A stretch of 24,433 nt of DNA from Octopus sinensis (GCF_006345805.1 NW_021836375.1:1-24433); one strand, 5' to 3'. Numbered from the stretch's first letter, positions 11,585 to 22,945 are shown. Numbers and translations are program-made. Notes: generated by a model not told the origin, from the letters alone.

Positions 11585-11973
11585 TCTTTTATCTTTTACT
11601 TGTTTCAGTCATTGGACGGCAGCCAAACTGAGGCACCGTCTTGAAGAGTCTTAATCGACTCAGTATTTATGTCCTTTTTAAATCAGGTTCTTATTCTATC
11701 GAGCTATTTTGCCGACCCGCTAATTCACAGGGACATAAACAAATCAACACTGGTTATCAAGTGATTGTGGGTGAGAAACAAACATAAACATAGACACATA
11801 CACACACACAAACACACACACACACACACACACGCGCACGCACACACGCACACACACACGTGCATACACAGATACATACATGACAGACTCCCACGCAGTT
11901 TCCACTCTCTCTCACAAAGTATTTGATCAACTCGGAGCTATAGTAGACAACTCATGTCCAAGGTACTGCGCGC
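11585..11973 (-). mobile_element. SINE family A, diverged, 5' head cut off; a probable continuation lies at ~12996-13025
   Basis: Tail TCTTTTATCTTTTACTTGTTTCAGTCATTGG, body TTTTGCCGACCCGCTAA..GCTATAGTAGA..CCAAGGTACTGCGC. Confidence 0.8.
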
Positions 11974-11989
11974 GAAATTTTTTTCCCAC

Positions 11990-12604
11990 GAGAATTCCGG
12001 ACCCCAGTAATGAACTCATTTGCATACAGGCAAATCAGAGCTACAGTACAGCCAGTCAGGCACAGAATGGTGTATGCCACTCTGTGAGTACAGCATAGCA
12101 GGTCTCACATAACACCACATTCCCCACCTCCATCATCCTCATAGATCAATTGAGCACCATCTCTATATGGAGCTAACATTAGGTACCGATGCTCAGAATG
12201 AGATTAGTGATACTGCAGGTACCCATTGATATATACAAAGAGGGCGCAATACGACACACCGCCATATTGATTACGATGTTTCCAGATCAACACCAACGTT
12301 TCAAATTAGGAATGTACAAAATCCGTAAAAAAATTAGGAAACTATACTCATTTACATTTTCGGTAAATCATGCAAATTGGCAACACTTATGGCATCATCG
12401 GTGAGCAGCTCTCCATTAACTTTATACACTAAATTTCACATTTGTCACCCCTATTAACCCGTTTAGAACAATTAGATTTTGCTATAACGCACATTTTCCA
12501 CTGAACTCAACCAGAGTATTTTCGTGACTGGGTGGACACTAGTTTGATAGCTGAGCTCTGATTGCTGTATGCAAATGAGTTCATAACTGGGGTCCGGAAC
12601 ACTC
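11990..12604. mobile_element. 615-bp non-autonomous DNA transposon (MITE) with ~51-53-bp TIRs and GAG...CTC termini
   Basis: Left end GAGAATTCCGGACCCCAGTAATGAACTCATTTGCATACAGGCAAATCAGAGCT (11990-12042). Reverse complement of the right end GAGTGTTCCGGACCCCAGTTATGAACTCATTTGCATACAGCAATCAGAGCT (12554-12604). No internal transposase. Confidence 0.88.
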
Positions 12605-12611
12605 TCTCACT

Positions 12612-12990
12612 CTCTCTCTTTTACTCTTTTACTTGTTTCAGTCATTTGACTGCGGCCATGCTGGAGCACCGCCTTTTAGTCGAGTAAATCGACCCCAGGA
12701 CTTATTCTTTGTAAGCCCAGTACTCATTCTATCAGTCTCTTTTGCTAAACCGCTAAGTTACGGGGACGTAAACACACCACCATCGGTTGTCAAGCAATGG
12801 TGGGGGGACAAACACAGACACACAAACATATACACACATACATATATACGACGGGCTTCTTCCAGTTTCCCTCTACCAAATTCACTCACAAGGCTTTGGT
12901 CGGCCCGAGGCTATAGTAGCAGACACTTGCCCAAGATGCCACTCAGTGGGAATGAACCCGGAACCATGTGGTTGGTAAAAAATTACTTAC
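12612..12990 (-). mobile_element. SINE family A, young near-full copy
   Basis: Highly similar to 3873-4273 along its length. Confidence 0.9.
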
Positions 12991-13129
12991 CTCGCGTACC
13001 GCGCAGCTGGACTGAACCCAAACAACGACAAAGCACAACTACTACTACTGCTACTACTGCTGCTGTTGTTATTACAACTACCACCCTCACCATCATCATT
13101 CTTAAACAACCCAGCTACGATACACACAC

Positions 13130-13170
<41 letters not shown>

Positions 13171-13582
13171 AATATATATATATATATATTTGTGATTTTT
13201 AGAATTAAAATATTCATAGAAATGAATTGGTTAAAGGTATGAAGGACAAGACGGCGAGTTCGAATGCAGCGTAGAGCAGATGTTATGTAGAACCTGAAGA
13301 TGGAGCAGTTAGTTCATTGGCTTTAATTCCGCTTAACTGGCGAGATTACTTTCAAGATATTCTGGGATTACGTGTTAAAGGTCGGCGACCTATCCAAGAG
13401 AAAGTTTTATCTATTCCTCATCAACTTAAACGAATCAAATCAGAAAAGCATAGTGAGCGTCGTCACAGGTTGAGGAAGAAGAAGAAGAAGAAGAAGAAGA
13501 AGAAAACGGTATGCGTGGACATGTCAACTCGTTTCTTTGTTCTATCAATTTCAGTGGCTCAGTTTCTATCGTCGTCATGATG

Positions 13583-13598
13583 GTGGTTGAAGTAGTAA

Positions 13599-13646
<48 letters not shown>

Positions 13647-14002
13647 CGCGGTGGTGGTGGTGGCGGTGGTAGTGATGGCAGTGTGGGTGGGGTGGTAGTA
13701 GTAGTGGTTGTGGTGGTGGTTGCGGCGGTGGTGGTAGTGGTGTTGGTAGTAATAGTGGTAGTAGTGATGGTGGTGGTAGTTGTAGTAGTAGTAGTAGTAA
13801 TAGTGGTGATGGTGGTGTTGGTGGTTGTAGTGGTGTCGGTAGTAGTAGTATTAGTAGTGGTGGTGGTGGTGGTGGTGGTGGTAGTGATGTTGGTAGTAGT
13901 AGTAGTAGTCGTAGTAGTAGTGGTAGTAGTGGTGGTGGTGGTTGGCGGTGGTGGTAGTGGTGGTGGTAGTAGTAGTAGTTGTAGTGGTGGTTGTAGAAGT
14001 AC

Positions 14003-14035
<33 letters not shown>

Positions 14036-14172
14036 AGTAGTGGTGGCGGTGGGTGATGGTGACGGGGTGGAGGTGATAGTAGTAGTAGTAGTGGTGGTGG
14101 TGGTGGTGGTGGTACCAATAGTAGTAGCAGAGTAGTGGCGGTGAGATGGTGGGGTTGTGGTGGTGGTAGTAG
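13583..14172. repeat. (GTA)n/(GTG)n trinucleotide low-complexity array
   Basis: Directly visible. Confidence 0.95.
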
Positions 14173-14862
14173 TTTGTCGTTATTTATAATCCACCCGATA
14201 TTTTTATTTATTATTTATTCATTCGTTTTGTAAGAATTTTTCTTTCTATTTTTTTCGAATTCCTACAAAATGGCGTTAAATTGGTTGTTATGGTAGGGTA
14301 ATGTTAATACAGCCCTGGAGATATTTTAAATTTGCAGCTCTTGATTTCTAGTTGACGAAAGATAACGATAATTTTTTTTTCTAAGAAAAAAAAAAAAGAA
14401 AGAAGAAAAAATGCTATACAAACAAACAAACAAACAAACAAAAACAATGAATAAAATATTATTCAACAAAAACACCAAATATATATCAATGCAAACAAAT
14501 AAAATGTTGATTAATGGAAAAATGTTTGTATTATTTTAGCCTTTGGCGTTTCTTGACGAACAAGAAATAAAGAAAATTTTTAAAAAAACACTACAAGAGC
14601 ATTTAAAAGAAAGCCTATATAAGAATGGAGGCCAGTTAGAATAGGTATGGAGAGGCAAGCTACAACCGAGTATTGCTCATTAGGATTCAGTGGAGAATTT
14701 CAATTAGAACTCGACAACAAAACATGTTTTAAAATAAATTGCAATAAAACTTTTAAATTGCAAATTGTAAAACAGTTGATAGCTTTAAGTTAACTTTCTT
14801 TTCAAAATAAGATATTTTTCTGTTCATTCTTCTCTCTGATATGCTATAAGCTGCTTGATGGA

Positions 14863-14872
14863 ATTATTATTA

Positions 14873-14933
<61 letters not shown>

Positions 14934-14950
14934 CATTATTATCATTATTA

Positions 14951-14982
<32 letters not shown>

Positions 14983-15017
14983 TATTATTATTATTATTAT
15001 CATCATCATCATCATCA

Positions 15018-15057
<40 letters not shown>

Positions 15058-15450
15058 GACCATCATTATTATTATAGTAAAAATTGTTTCCTTTCTTTTT
15101 CCTTTATCTTGGACTTCCTTCTCTTTCTTTTTCTTCTTCTTCTTCTTCCCCCTCCACCTCCACCTTTTCTTCTTCTCTTTCTCATTACTTCTTTTTCTTC
15201 CGCTTACTCCACTTCTCTTTCTTCTACATCTACTTCATCATTCCATCATTTTCTTCCTTTTCTCGTTCCCTTCTTCTTCATCTTCTTCTCCTTCTTCCGC
15301 TCCTTTTTCCTCTTTTTCATCCTCTCCTCTTCCTCCTCTTTCTCCTCCTATTCCTTCTCCTTCCCCTCCTTTTTCTTCTTCATCCCCTCCTCCTTCCTCC
15401 TCCCTCTCCTCCTTCTTCCACATTCTTCTTCTTCTTTTTCTTCTTCCTCT
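14863..15450. repeat. (ATT)n/(ATC)n array followed by a (CTT/CCT)n polypyrimidine tract
   Basis: Directly visible. Confidence 0.95.
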
Positions 15451-15714
15451 AATTTCATACTATAATTTGCATCAAATGAATGACTAGAGAAATAAACGAC
15501 AAGGAATGGCGAAGAAATAAACGAAGAAAGAAATAAGTAAAAACATTTGATACAAGAGATTGTGATTTCTCTGAAAATGTTTGCAGAATCAGTGAGAAAC
15601 AGTTGGACGGTGTGCGCATGTGCAACGACGATGATGGTAAGTATGATCCTATATACATACATACGCACAAGCACAGTTATAGTTATATCTTTATGTAATT
15701 ATAGAAATAGAAAA

Positions 15715-15737
15715 TTATGTGTGTAAGGATATATATA

Positions 15738-15813
<76 letters not shown>

Positions 15814-15939
15814 CATATATATGTATTTGTATGTGTATGTACATATGTGTGTGTGCATTATATACGTGTATGTTTGTATCTGTATATGTGCTGCTGAGAG
15901 CATGTACATGTATTTATCTGTGTACGTATTATATATATA

Positions 15940-15997
<58 letters not shown>

Positions 15998-16175
15998 CAT
16001 TTATATATGAATGTATATATGAATGTATACATGTATATATATATGTATATAAATACAAACACCCACACCCACACACATATATATATATATATAATGTGTG
16101 TGTGTGTGTTTGTGCGTGTGTCTGTGTTTGTATGTGTGTATGTGTGTATTTATCTATGTATGTATTATACGTGTG
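15715..16175. repeat. (TA)n/(TG)n compound microsatellite
   Basis: Directly visible. Confidence 0.95.
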
Positions 16176-17044
16176 TCAATATTATCTTCATTCAGGATCG
16201 GTCACTGAAGGAGAGAAATCTTTGGATTGCAGCAACAGAGAATGTATTTTCTATTTCGTTTGGATTGTTTCCGCACTCATCTGGAAGGTTTCAGGATATT
16301 CCAATCTCTTACAAGTTGACATCAGCTGCTTTTCCCAAGGTGAAGTAGCTGCAAACACCTCTGTCCCTCTACCACTGTCACTGCTGCCGTTACCATTATA
16401 AACAAAACCGCCACTAACTCGTAAACTCTACCAACACACACACCATCAACCACGAATCTATTGCACTACTTTAGCTGTCTAAACATGCGACTGATGTGAA
16501 TGGGAAGGAAACGTTTTATTCTAGAAAGCTGAATGTCGCCGCAATAAGCAAAGTGTTTTCTTTTACCTCAGACGAGTGGATACTTTAATTCGAGTGAAGT
16601 GTTACTCTCAAACAATTTTGGATTTACCGGCTCTACCAACTGCAAACATTTGTAAAGTATCTTGCATTAACAAATTCATCAAACATGCTTTTTAGTTTGT
16701 TCTGGCCATTGCACCTAAGGCCATGCTGGAGTCCCGCCTATATATGAATGTCTTTCTTTCTACTACTCAGATGGCCCCCCTTTCTTCGCATTGCTGGTCG
16801 CACTCATGTTATCTTCCCGTAGGAATTCCCGAACCCTCTCGTCCGTCTTATCATCATCTTTGTTGTGTCCACGCCTTTTTCCAACCTTTGAACAAATCAC
16901 TACACCCAGTCCTTCCTCCCCAAAATGTTAACCCACTGGAATGTCCTTCTCCTGCTCATGTCTTTACTGCTGGCGGTCATTTGTCAAGATTTAAGCTGAA
17001 TATTAAGTGGCGTTAACCTCACCCGTCTACGAGGGCCTACGAAA

Positions 17045-17077
17045 TAGTTGTAGAAGTTAGCATCTTAGTTGCTATGA

Positions 17078-17119
<42 letters not shown>

Positions 17120-17538
17120 GTGGTGGTGGTGGTGGTGGTGGTGGTGGTAGTGGTGGTAGTAGTAGTAGTGGTGGTGGTGGTGGTAGTAGTAGTAGTAGTA
17201 GCAGCAGCAGTAGTAGTAGTGGTGTTGGTAGTGGTGGTGGTGATGGTGTTGATAGTGGTGGTGGTGGTGGTAGTGATGGTGGTGGGGGTTGTGGGAGTGA
17301 CGGTAGTGGTAGGGGTGGTAGTGGTGCAGTGGTGGTGGTGGTGATGGTGGTGGTGATAGTGGTGGTGATGGTGGTGGTGATATAGTGGTGGTGGTGGTAG
17401 TGGTGGTGGTGGTGATGGTGGTGGTAGTGGTGGAGATGAAGTGTTGGTGATAGTAAAGGTGACAGTAGTAGTAGTAGTTGTAGTAGTAGTAGTAGTAGTA
17501 GTAGTAGCAGCAGCAGCAGCAGCAGCACCTTCAATAGC

Positions 17539-17591
<53 letters not shown>

Positions 17592-17592
17592 A
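17045..17592. repeat. (GTA)n/(GTG)n/(GCA)n array bracketed by 31-bp direct repeats
   Basis: Directly visible; flanking repeats at 17008-17038 and 17595-17625. Confidence 0.93.
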
Positions 17593-18109
17593 AATGACAT
17601 CAACCTTACCGGTCTACGAGGGCCTGCCAAAATCATGAAAACCACCACATCTTCCAAACTCAGTGAGTTTTTCAAAACGCATTTCGTGTTATTATCCTAG
17701 ATATTTGTCAATACCTGTATATTGATAAAATAAACTATGTCATGTTCTCAAAATATGAAGAAACTGGATGCTTCGTTTTCTGCATATTGGTTAAATCATG
17801 TAATGGAACCCAATTTAAAATTAATTCTAAACACTATTAAATAGAAACCTTACTAAATTATAAGGACCTCATGCGGGAGTTATTTGATGGAATTTACTAG
17901 AAATGTTAAACTGATCCTCTGTCAGCACGTTATTTCGAAAACGATATGTCTATTTTGGGGGTTGGGAATCCCAATATGTCAAGATTATTGCATAAATATT
18001 TAGCTACATGACTAACAAGAAAAGCAGCAGCAACACCAACAGCAACAACAACAGCAACAACAACAACAGTGACAACAACAACAACAACAACAATAATACT
18101 AACAATAAT

Positions 18110-18248
18110 AGTGTTATTAGGAACAGCTTGAATACTTAGGAGTGTTCTTGGCAGCTATGGTTACTTGTTGTAGCCCGATTTTAGAATCTTTTCTTTTCCG
18201 ACAGTCTAATCTGTCGAGTGCATATGTAAATAATGATAATGATAATAA
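18110..18248 (+). mobile_element. R4/Dong-type LINE extreme 3' end with TAA-like tail
   Basis: VLLGTA*ILRSVL C-terminal motif, then the 3' UTR GTTACTTGTTGTAGCCCGA..TCTTTTCTTTTCC..CAGTCTAAT and (TAA/TGA)n. The same family occurs inverted at 20303-20489. Confidence 0.75.
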
Positions 18249-18452
18249 TTGAAGCTAGAAGCCCTGACTTAGTAGTAGTAGACAAAGAGAATAGAAAGAG
18301 TTAAATACAGTCCAAAATTATGAAAAAACTCAACATGAGAAGAATAGGAAAAATAGCGAAGTACCAGAACCTAGACATTGAATTAAAGAGACTAAGGTAA
18401 GTGCGGGTAAAATGTGTCCCAGTAGTTGTAGGTGTATTAGGAACTATATCTG
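18248..18452 (+). mobile_element. R4/Dong-type LINE, restriction-like endonuclease fragment
   Basis: IEARSPDLVVVDKENRK ... KIAKYQNLDIELKRLR*VRVKCVPVVVGVLGTIS, matching the PD..D RLE domain and the K..KY..L and P.V.G.LG motifs. Confidence 0.85.
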
Positions 18453-18454
18453 AT

Positions 18455-18818
18455 GATTTATTCTTTGTAAGCCTAGTACTTATTCTATCGGCCTCTTTTG
18501 CCGAACCGCTAGGTTACGAGGACTTAAACACACCAGCATCGGTTGTCAAGCAATGTTGGGTGGGGGAACAAACACAAATACACAACATATACACACTCAT
18601 ACATACATACATAGATATATATATAGATATATATATTATATATATATATACATATATACGACGGGCTTCTTTCAGTTTCCGTCGACTAAATCCGCTCACA
18701 AGCTTTGGTCGGCCCGAGGTTATAGTAGAAGACACTTACCCAAGGTGCCACGCAGTGGCCTGAACCCGGAACCATGTGGTTGTAAGCAAGCTACTTACCA
18801 CACAGACCCTCCTGCGCC
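18455..18818 (-). mobile_element. SINE family A lacking its 3' tail
   Basis: High similarity to 3873-4273; the 5' end GGCGCAGGAGG lies at 18818. Confidence 0.9.
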
Positions 18819-18819
18819 T

Positions 18820-18960
18820 TATAATAATAATAATAATAATAATAGAAGAATAAGAGAAGAAGAAGAGAAGAAGAAGAAGAAGAAGAAGAAGAAGAAGAGA
18901 AGAGAGAAGAAGAGAAGAAGAAGAAGAAGAAGAAGAAGAGAAGAAGAAGAAGAAGAAGAA
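18820..18960. repeat. (TAA)n then (GAA)n microsatellite
   Basis: Directly visible. Confidence 0.95.
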
Positions 18961-18961
18961 A

Positions 18962-20101
18962 ACCTGGGCGGTGTTACTACTTTGAAATGGAGCAGGGGTA
19001 ATCGCATGGACAGTAGACCAACTAAACAGCTTAAACAGAAAGATGAGGAAGTTGCTGACTAGATATATGATACTCCACCCAAAAAGTGACACATTCTGAC
19101 TGTATGTACCTAGGAAAAGAGGGGGAAAGGACTGATTGGATGCGAACACAGCATTAGAGTAGAAGAGAACAACATAGCATGATATGTAAAAAAAATGCCA
19201 CAGAACCACTGTTATTGGAAGTAAGAAGGTTAGGCTTGTGTAGGATGGAAGATTGCAAAGATAAAGCACTGTACAAGGACTTGAGAATGAATGAAACTGA
19301 AAATAGATGGATAAAGAAAAGACTGCATGGACAATCTCCATAGGGATGTTGAAGATAAAACACACAAAGAAAACAGATCGCTATGGAAGACAAAATTGAT
19401 ATAAAACCGGAAACGGAAGCTCCAATTTGTGCTGCCCAAGAGCAAGCGTTAAGAACGAATTACATCAAATACAGAATAGACAACACATCAGAAAGTAGCA
19501 AGTGCAGAATTTGTGGACAAAATGGTGCAGTCAATGTACGCCAGTAGCCCAGAAAGAATATGAGACGTCATGACAATATAGCAAGGATTGTCCATCGGAC
19601 ACTTTGCAACAAGCATGAACTTGACAGCAAAAAAGTGGTACGAACATAAACCCGAAGGCCTCATCGAAAATGATAATGCAAAAATCATATGGGATTTTAT
19701 GATTCAGTGCCACCATGAGATAGAGAATAGGAAGCCAGACATAGTGTTAATTGAGAGAGAAAGCAAACGATGCTGGATCATAGATATAGCATGCCCAGAT
19801 GACAACAAGGTATGCGATAAGGAAGAAAGAAATGGTTAAGCAGTTGTGGTCGATTAAAAAGATGGTAGTAGTAACCAATAATTGTCCGAGCCCTGGGAAC
19901 AGTGAGTAAAAATCTTGAGAAGTACATGGAACAAATAAGGGCTGCAACAAGGGTAGAGCACTTGCAGAAAACAGCACTGCTTGGAACCGCTCAAATATTC
20001 CGATGGTGCTCGAAAAGTAAAGGGTGTTACCTTAGTTCACTGGTAGTGAACAGATGGCACCGTTGTACCTCTTCAGTATTAGAAGCTGTGCAAAGACAAT
20101 G
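18962..20101 (+). mobile_element. 5'-truncated, frameshifted R4/Dong-clade non-LTR retrotransposon (post-RT region, CCHC knuckle, RLE, 3' end)
   Basis: LYVPRKR/GKGLIGCEHSIRVEENN, KPETEAPICAAQEQALRTNYIKYRIDNTSESSKCRICGQNG, RRHDNIARIVH, KWYEHKPEGLIENDNAKIIWDFMIQCHHEIENRKPDIVLIERESKRCWIIDIACP and LQKTALLGTAQIFR. Followed by (TAA)n at 20102. Confidence 0.92.
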
Positions 20102-20153
20102 AATAATAATAACAATTTTATTAATAATAATCATGATCCTTTCTATTATTATT

Positions 20154-20232
<79 letters not shown>

Positions 20233-20305
20233 GTAGTAGTAGTAGTAGTAGTGTAGTAGTAGTAGTAGTAGTAGTAGTATCATCATTATCATCATCATCA
20301 TAATT
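20102..20305. repeat. (TAA)/(ATC)/(ATT)/(AGT) compound microsatellite
   Basis: Directly visible. Confidence 0.93.
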
Positions 20306-20489
20306 ATTAGACTGTTGGAAAAGAAAAGATCCTAACATCGGGCTACAACAAGTAACTTTACATGCCAAGAGCCCTTCTACGTATCCTAGCTGTCTCTAAT
20401 AACACTGCTTTCTAGGGTTGTACTAAACTTGGTTTTATGCTTATTTCGTCTACATATCTGTTCAGATTTTTAGGGATAGTTCCTAGCAC
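20303..20489 (-). mobile_element. R4/Dong-type LINE 3' fragment (same family as 18110-18248)
   Basis: Minus strand VLGTIPKNLNRYVDEISIKPSLVQP*KAVLLETARIRRRAL; the 3' UTR matches 18160-18210. Confidence 0.85.
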
Positions 20490-20504
20490 ATTATTATTAT
20501 TATT

Positions 20505-21053
20505 GAGTGAGCGAGCAGAGCATGCCATCAAAGTGACACTGGGGTAAAATATACGAAGCCCAGTATCCCATCATGACTACCCGTCTGATAAGGTACACCA
20601 GGCACATGCATCACAGCCATATGTGCGCGACATGGTGATCTCATATCATAAACAGCACATGACCTTGCAGGTGGAGCCCAGTTAGAATTTTCTTCAGATC
20701 GAGTAACCCATCCCGCTTCAAAAGGTCTCTGAATAAGGGTTGTTTAAGGACGTTGAACGAAACACCCATGTTTCCAGAGGTGAATTATTCAAACCCCAAA
20801 GAACCCTCTCAACACATGACTATGATGCTCCCCCATACTTCTGCTCGGCTCATGCGATGCCACATAACATCGTCAGCCACTAAGGGACATGCTCAACTGT
20901 TACGGTCAACAACTGACAAGCAAATCTGTGGTATTGAGCAGAATATTTGCTGTAGCCCATTTTTTATACCAAGACAAAACAATGTACATGATAACACTTC
21001 CAATCAGTTAAGATCAGAAGCCATGAGAGCCACTGCCTGGTACTGCATCAGAG

Positions 21054-21055
<2 letters not shown>
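20505..21055 (-). mobile_element. ~550-bp non-coding interspersed element inserted in an (ATT)n array
   Basis: Complex sequence with sharp borders and pure (ATT)n on both sides (20490-20504; 21055 onward). No TIR, tRNA head or credible ORF. It resembles a repeat I recall from octopus. The strand is inferred from the TAA-tail convention. Confidence 0.6.
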
Positions 21056-21119
<64 letters not shown>

Positions 21120-21198
21120 CATTATTATTATTATTATTATTATCATTATTAATATTATTATCATTATTATTATCATCATCATCATCATCATCATCATT

Positions 21199-21252
<54 letters not shown>

Positions 21253-21256
21253 TTCC

Positions 21257-21303
<47 letters not shown>
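21055..21303. repeat. (ATT)n/(ATC)n microsatellite
   Basis: Directly visible. Confidence 0.95.
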
Positions 21304-21304
<1 letters not shown>

Positions 21305-21492
21305 CTGAGGTAATTGGTGAAGTTGGCACAACACCCAAAATGCTACCTAAAAGACTGAACTGAAGCTCGCATGGTCGAAAAGTACAATCCTGTATTCTGC
21401 AAGAATCCTGAAGAATCTTGAGAATAGGAAAGACTTGTTGTCACCAGAGCTCAAGATAAAATACCTGCTTACTAAATCAGGATGCACAAGCG
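21301..21492 (+). mobile_element. R4/Dong-type LINE 3' fragment, a third subfamily
   Basis: IPEVIGEVGTTPKMLPKRL / KSTILYSARILKNLE, then a 3' UTR containing GACTTGTTGTCACC, ending in (TAA)n. Confidence 0.75.
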
Positions 21493-21556
21493 TAATAATA
21501 ATAACAGTCACAACAGCAATAACAATAGCAATAATCATAATAATGACAATAATAAT

Positions 21557-21920
21557 GGTTTCAAATTTTGCCACAGTGGCAGCAATTTTGAGGAAGTGGA
21601 TGATTCGATTATATCGACCCCAGTTTTCAACTGGTACTTATTTTATCGACCCCGAAAGGATGAAAGGTGAAGTCGACCTCGACGGAGTTTGAACTCGGAA
21701 CGTAGCGACGGGCGAAATACCTACTTTTTTACTACCCACAAGGGGCTAAACACTGAGAGGAGAGACAAGGACAGACAAACGGATTAAGTCTATTATATCG
21801 ACACCTGTGCGTAACTGGTGCTTAATTTATCGACCCCAAAAGAATGAAAGGCAAAGTCGACCTCGGCGGAATTTGAACTCAGAACGCCCGGCGTGCTAAC
21901 GTTTCTGCCAGCTCGCCGCC
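21557..21920 (-). mobile_element. SINE family B tandem dimer (21721-21920 with the CCCCTTGTGGGTAGTAAA tail; 21557-21720 with the ..AAATTTGAAACC tail)
   Basis: Two successive copies of the GTTCAAA(T/C)TCCG..GTCGACTT..CCTTTCAT core, with different 3' ends. Confidence 0.9.
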
Positions 21921-21921
21921 T

Positions 21922-21935
21922 TACTACTTCTACTT

Positions 21936-21977
<42 letters not shown>

Positions 21978-21983
21978 TAATAA

Positions 21984-22020
<37 letters not shown>

Positions 22021-22045
22021 TAATAATAATAATAATAATAATAAT
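21922..22045. repeat. (CTA)n then (TAA)n microsatellite
   Basis: Directly visible. Confidence 0.95.
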
Positions 22046-22945
22046 GGGCATAAATCAAAGCTTATTATCAGAATTGATAGAACCGTATAGGATTTAGTTA
22101 CCCTGTTGATATAAATATTACTTGAAAGTATGTGAAATGGAGAAATTTTGTTGGTAAGTTATACGCTTTGTATCAAATAACCATATGTATTCTCTCTCCT
22201 TTGCGCTAAAAATTAACTAAGATTCATACCCCTGAAGTAAGTGATTTCGACGTAAAGCTATATAGATCTCTATTTGATATCAGCTCATTTAACACAATAG
22301 GTGTTGGAATCTATGTGAAGGATAATATTTTCTGTTGTTCCATTGTATTTTCTAAGAATTTATTTAATGTCAGATATAAATGGAATATTCTAGCAGTTTA
22401 TCATCTTTTCAAATGTACATAAGCTAAAGCTTTGTTATTATTTTGAATTGGTCTAACAGAGCAATACTTTCGATGATGAATCTTGCTACGATGCGATGAT
22501 TTATAGGTATGTAGCACTTCACTGATATTTTCAGACAGCTAATAAAGAAAAAGAGACACATTTCCCACAACAACTTGACACACGTAACCAACATTTATTA
22601 TTGTATCATGGTGGCCTTAAAAGCATCTCTTTCTCGTTCGTTAAGAATAGACTTAGTATGTGTCACTTTATATTGTATAGTGAAGTTATAGTTTTCGAAA
22701 CATTAAATGATATCGTGGATAGTTCTTTCAAGATAATCTAGCCTATTTTGCACGCTTACAGAAGAAATAAATGTTCTTCGTTTGCTGAGTTTTCTTCCGT
22801 TCTTCCATAAGTTCCTCGTAGTAACCCCAGAATTTCCCAGAGAAGTAAAGGAACAGTTAGTGTCCGTTGCCAATGCAGACCTTCCAAGACGTTTGTAAGC
22901 TCACCAACACTAGTGAGGATACCGAACCTCAACATCAATAGCTCA

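Noticed and set aside
12633-13172. 179-aa ORF, and related ORFs at 4048-4359 and 18401-19062
   Set aside because: Antisense read-through of SINE family A.
13435-15487. Poly-Pro/Val/Leu/Asn ORFs (also 17037-17675 and 21048-21338)
   Set aside because: Trinucleotide microsatellite translations.
20985-21050. Faint U2 snRNA-like words on the minus strand
   Set aside because: No intact GTGTAGTA branch-recognition sequence or Sm site; the similarity is patchy.
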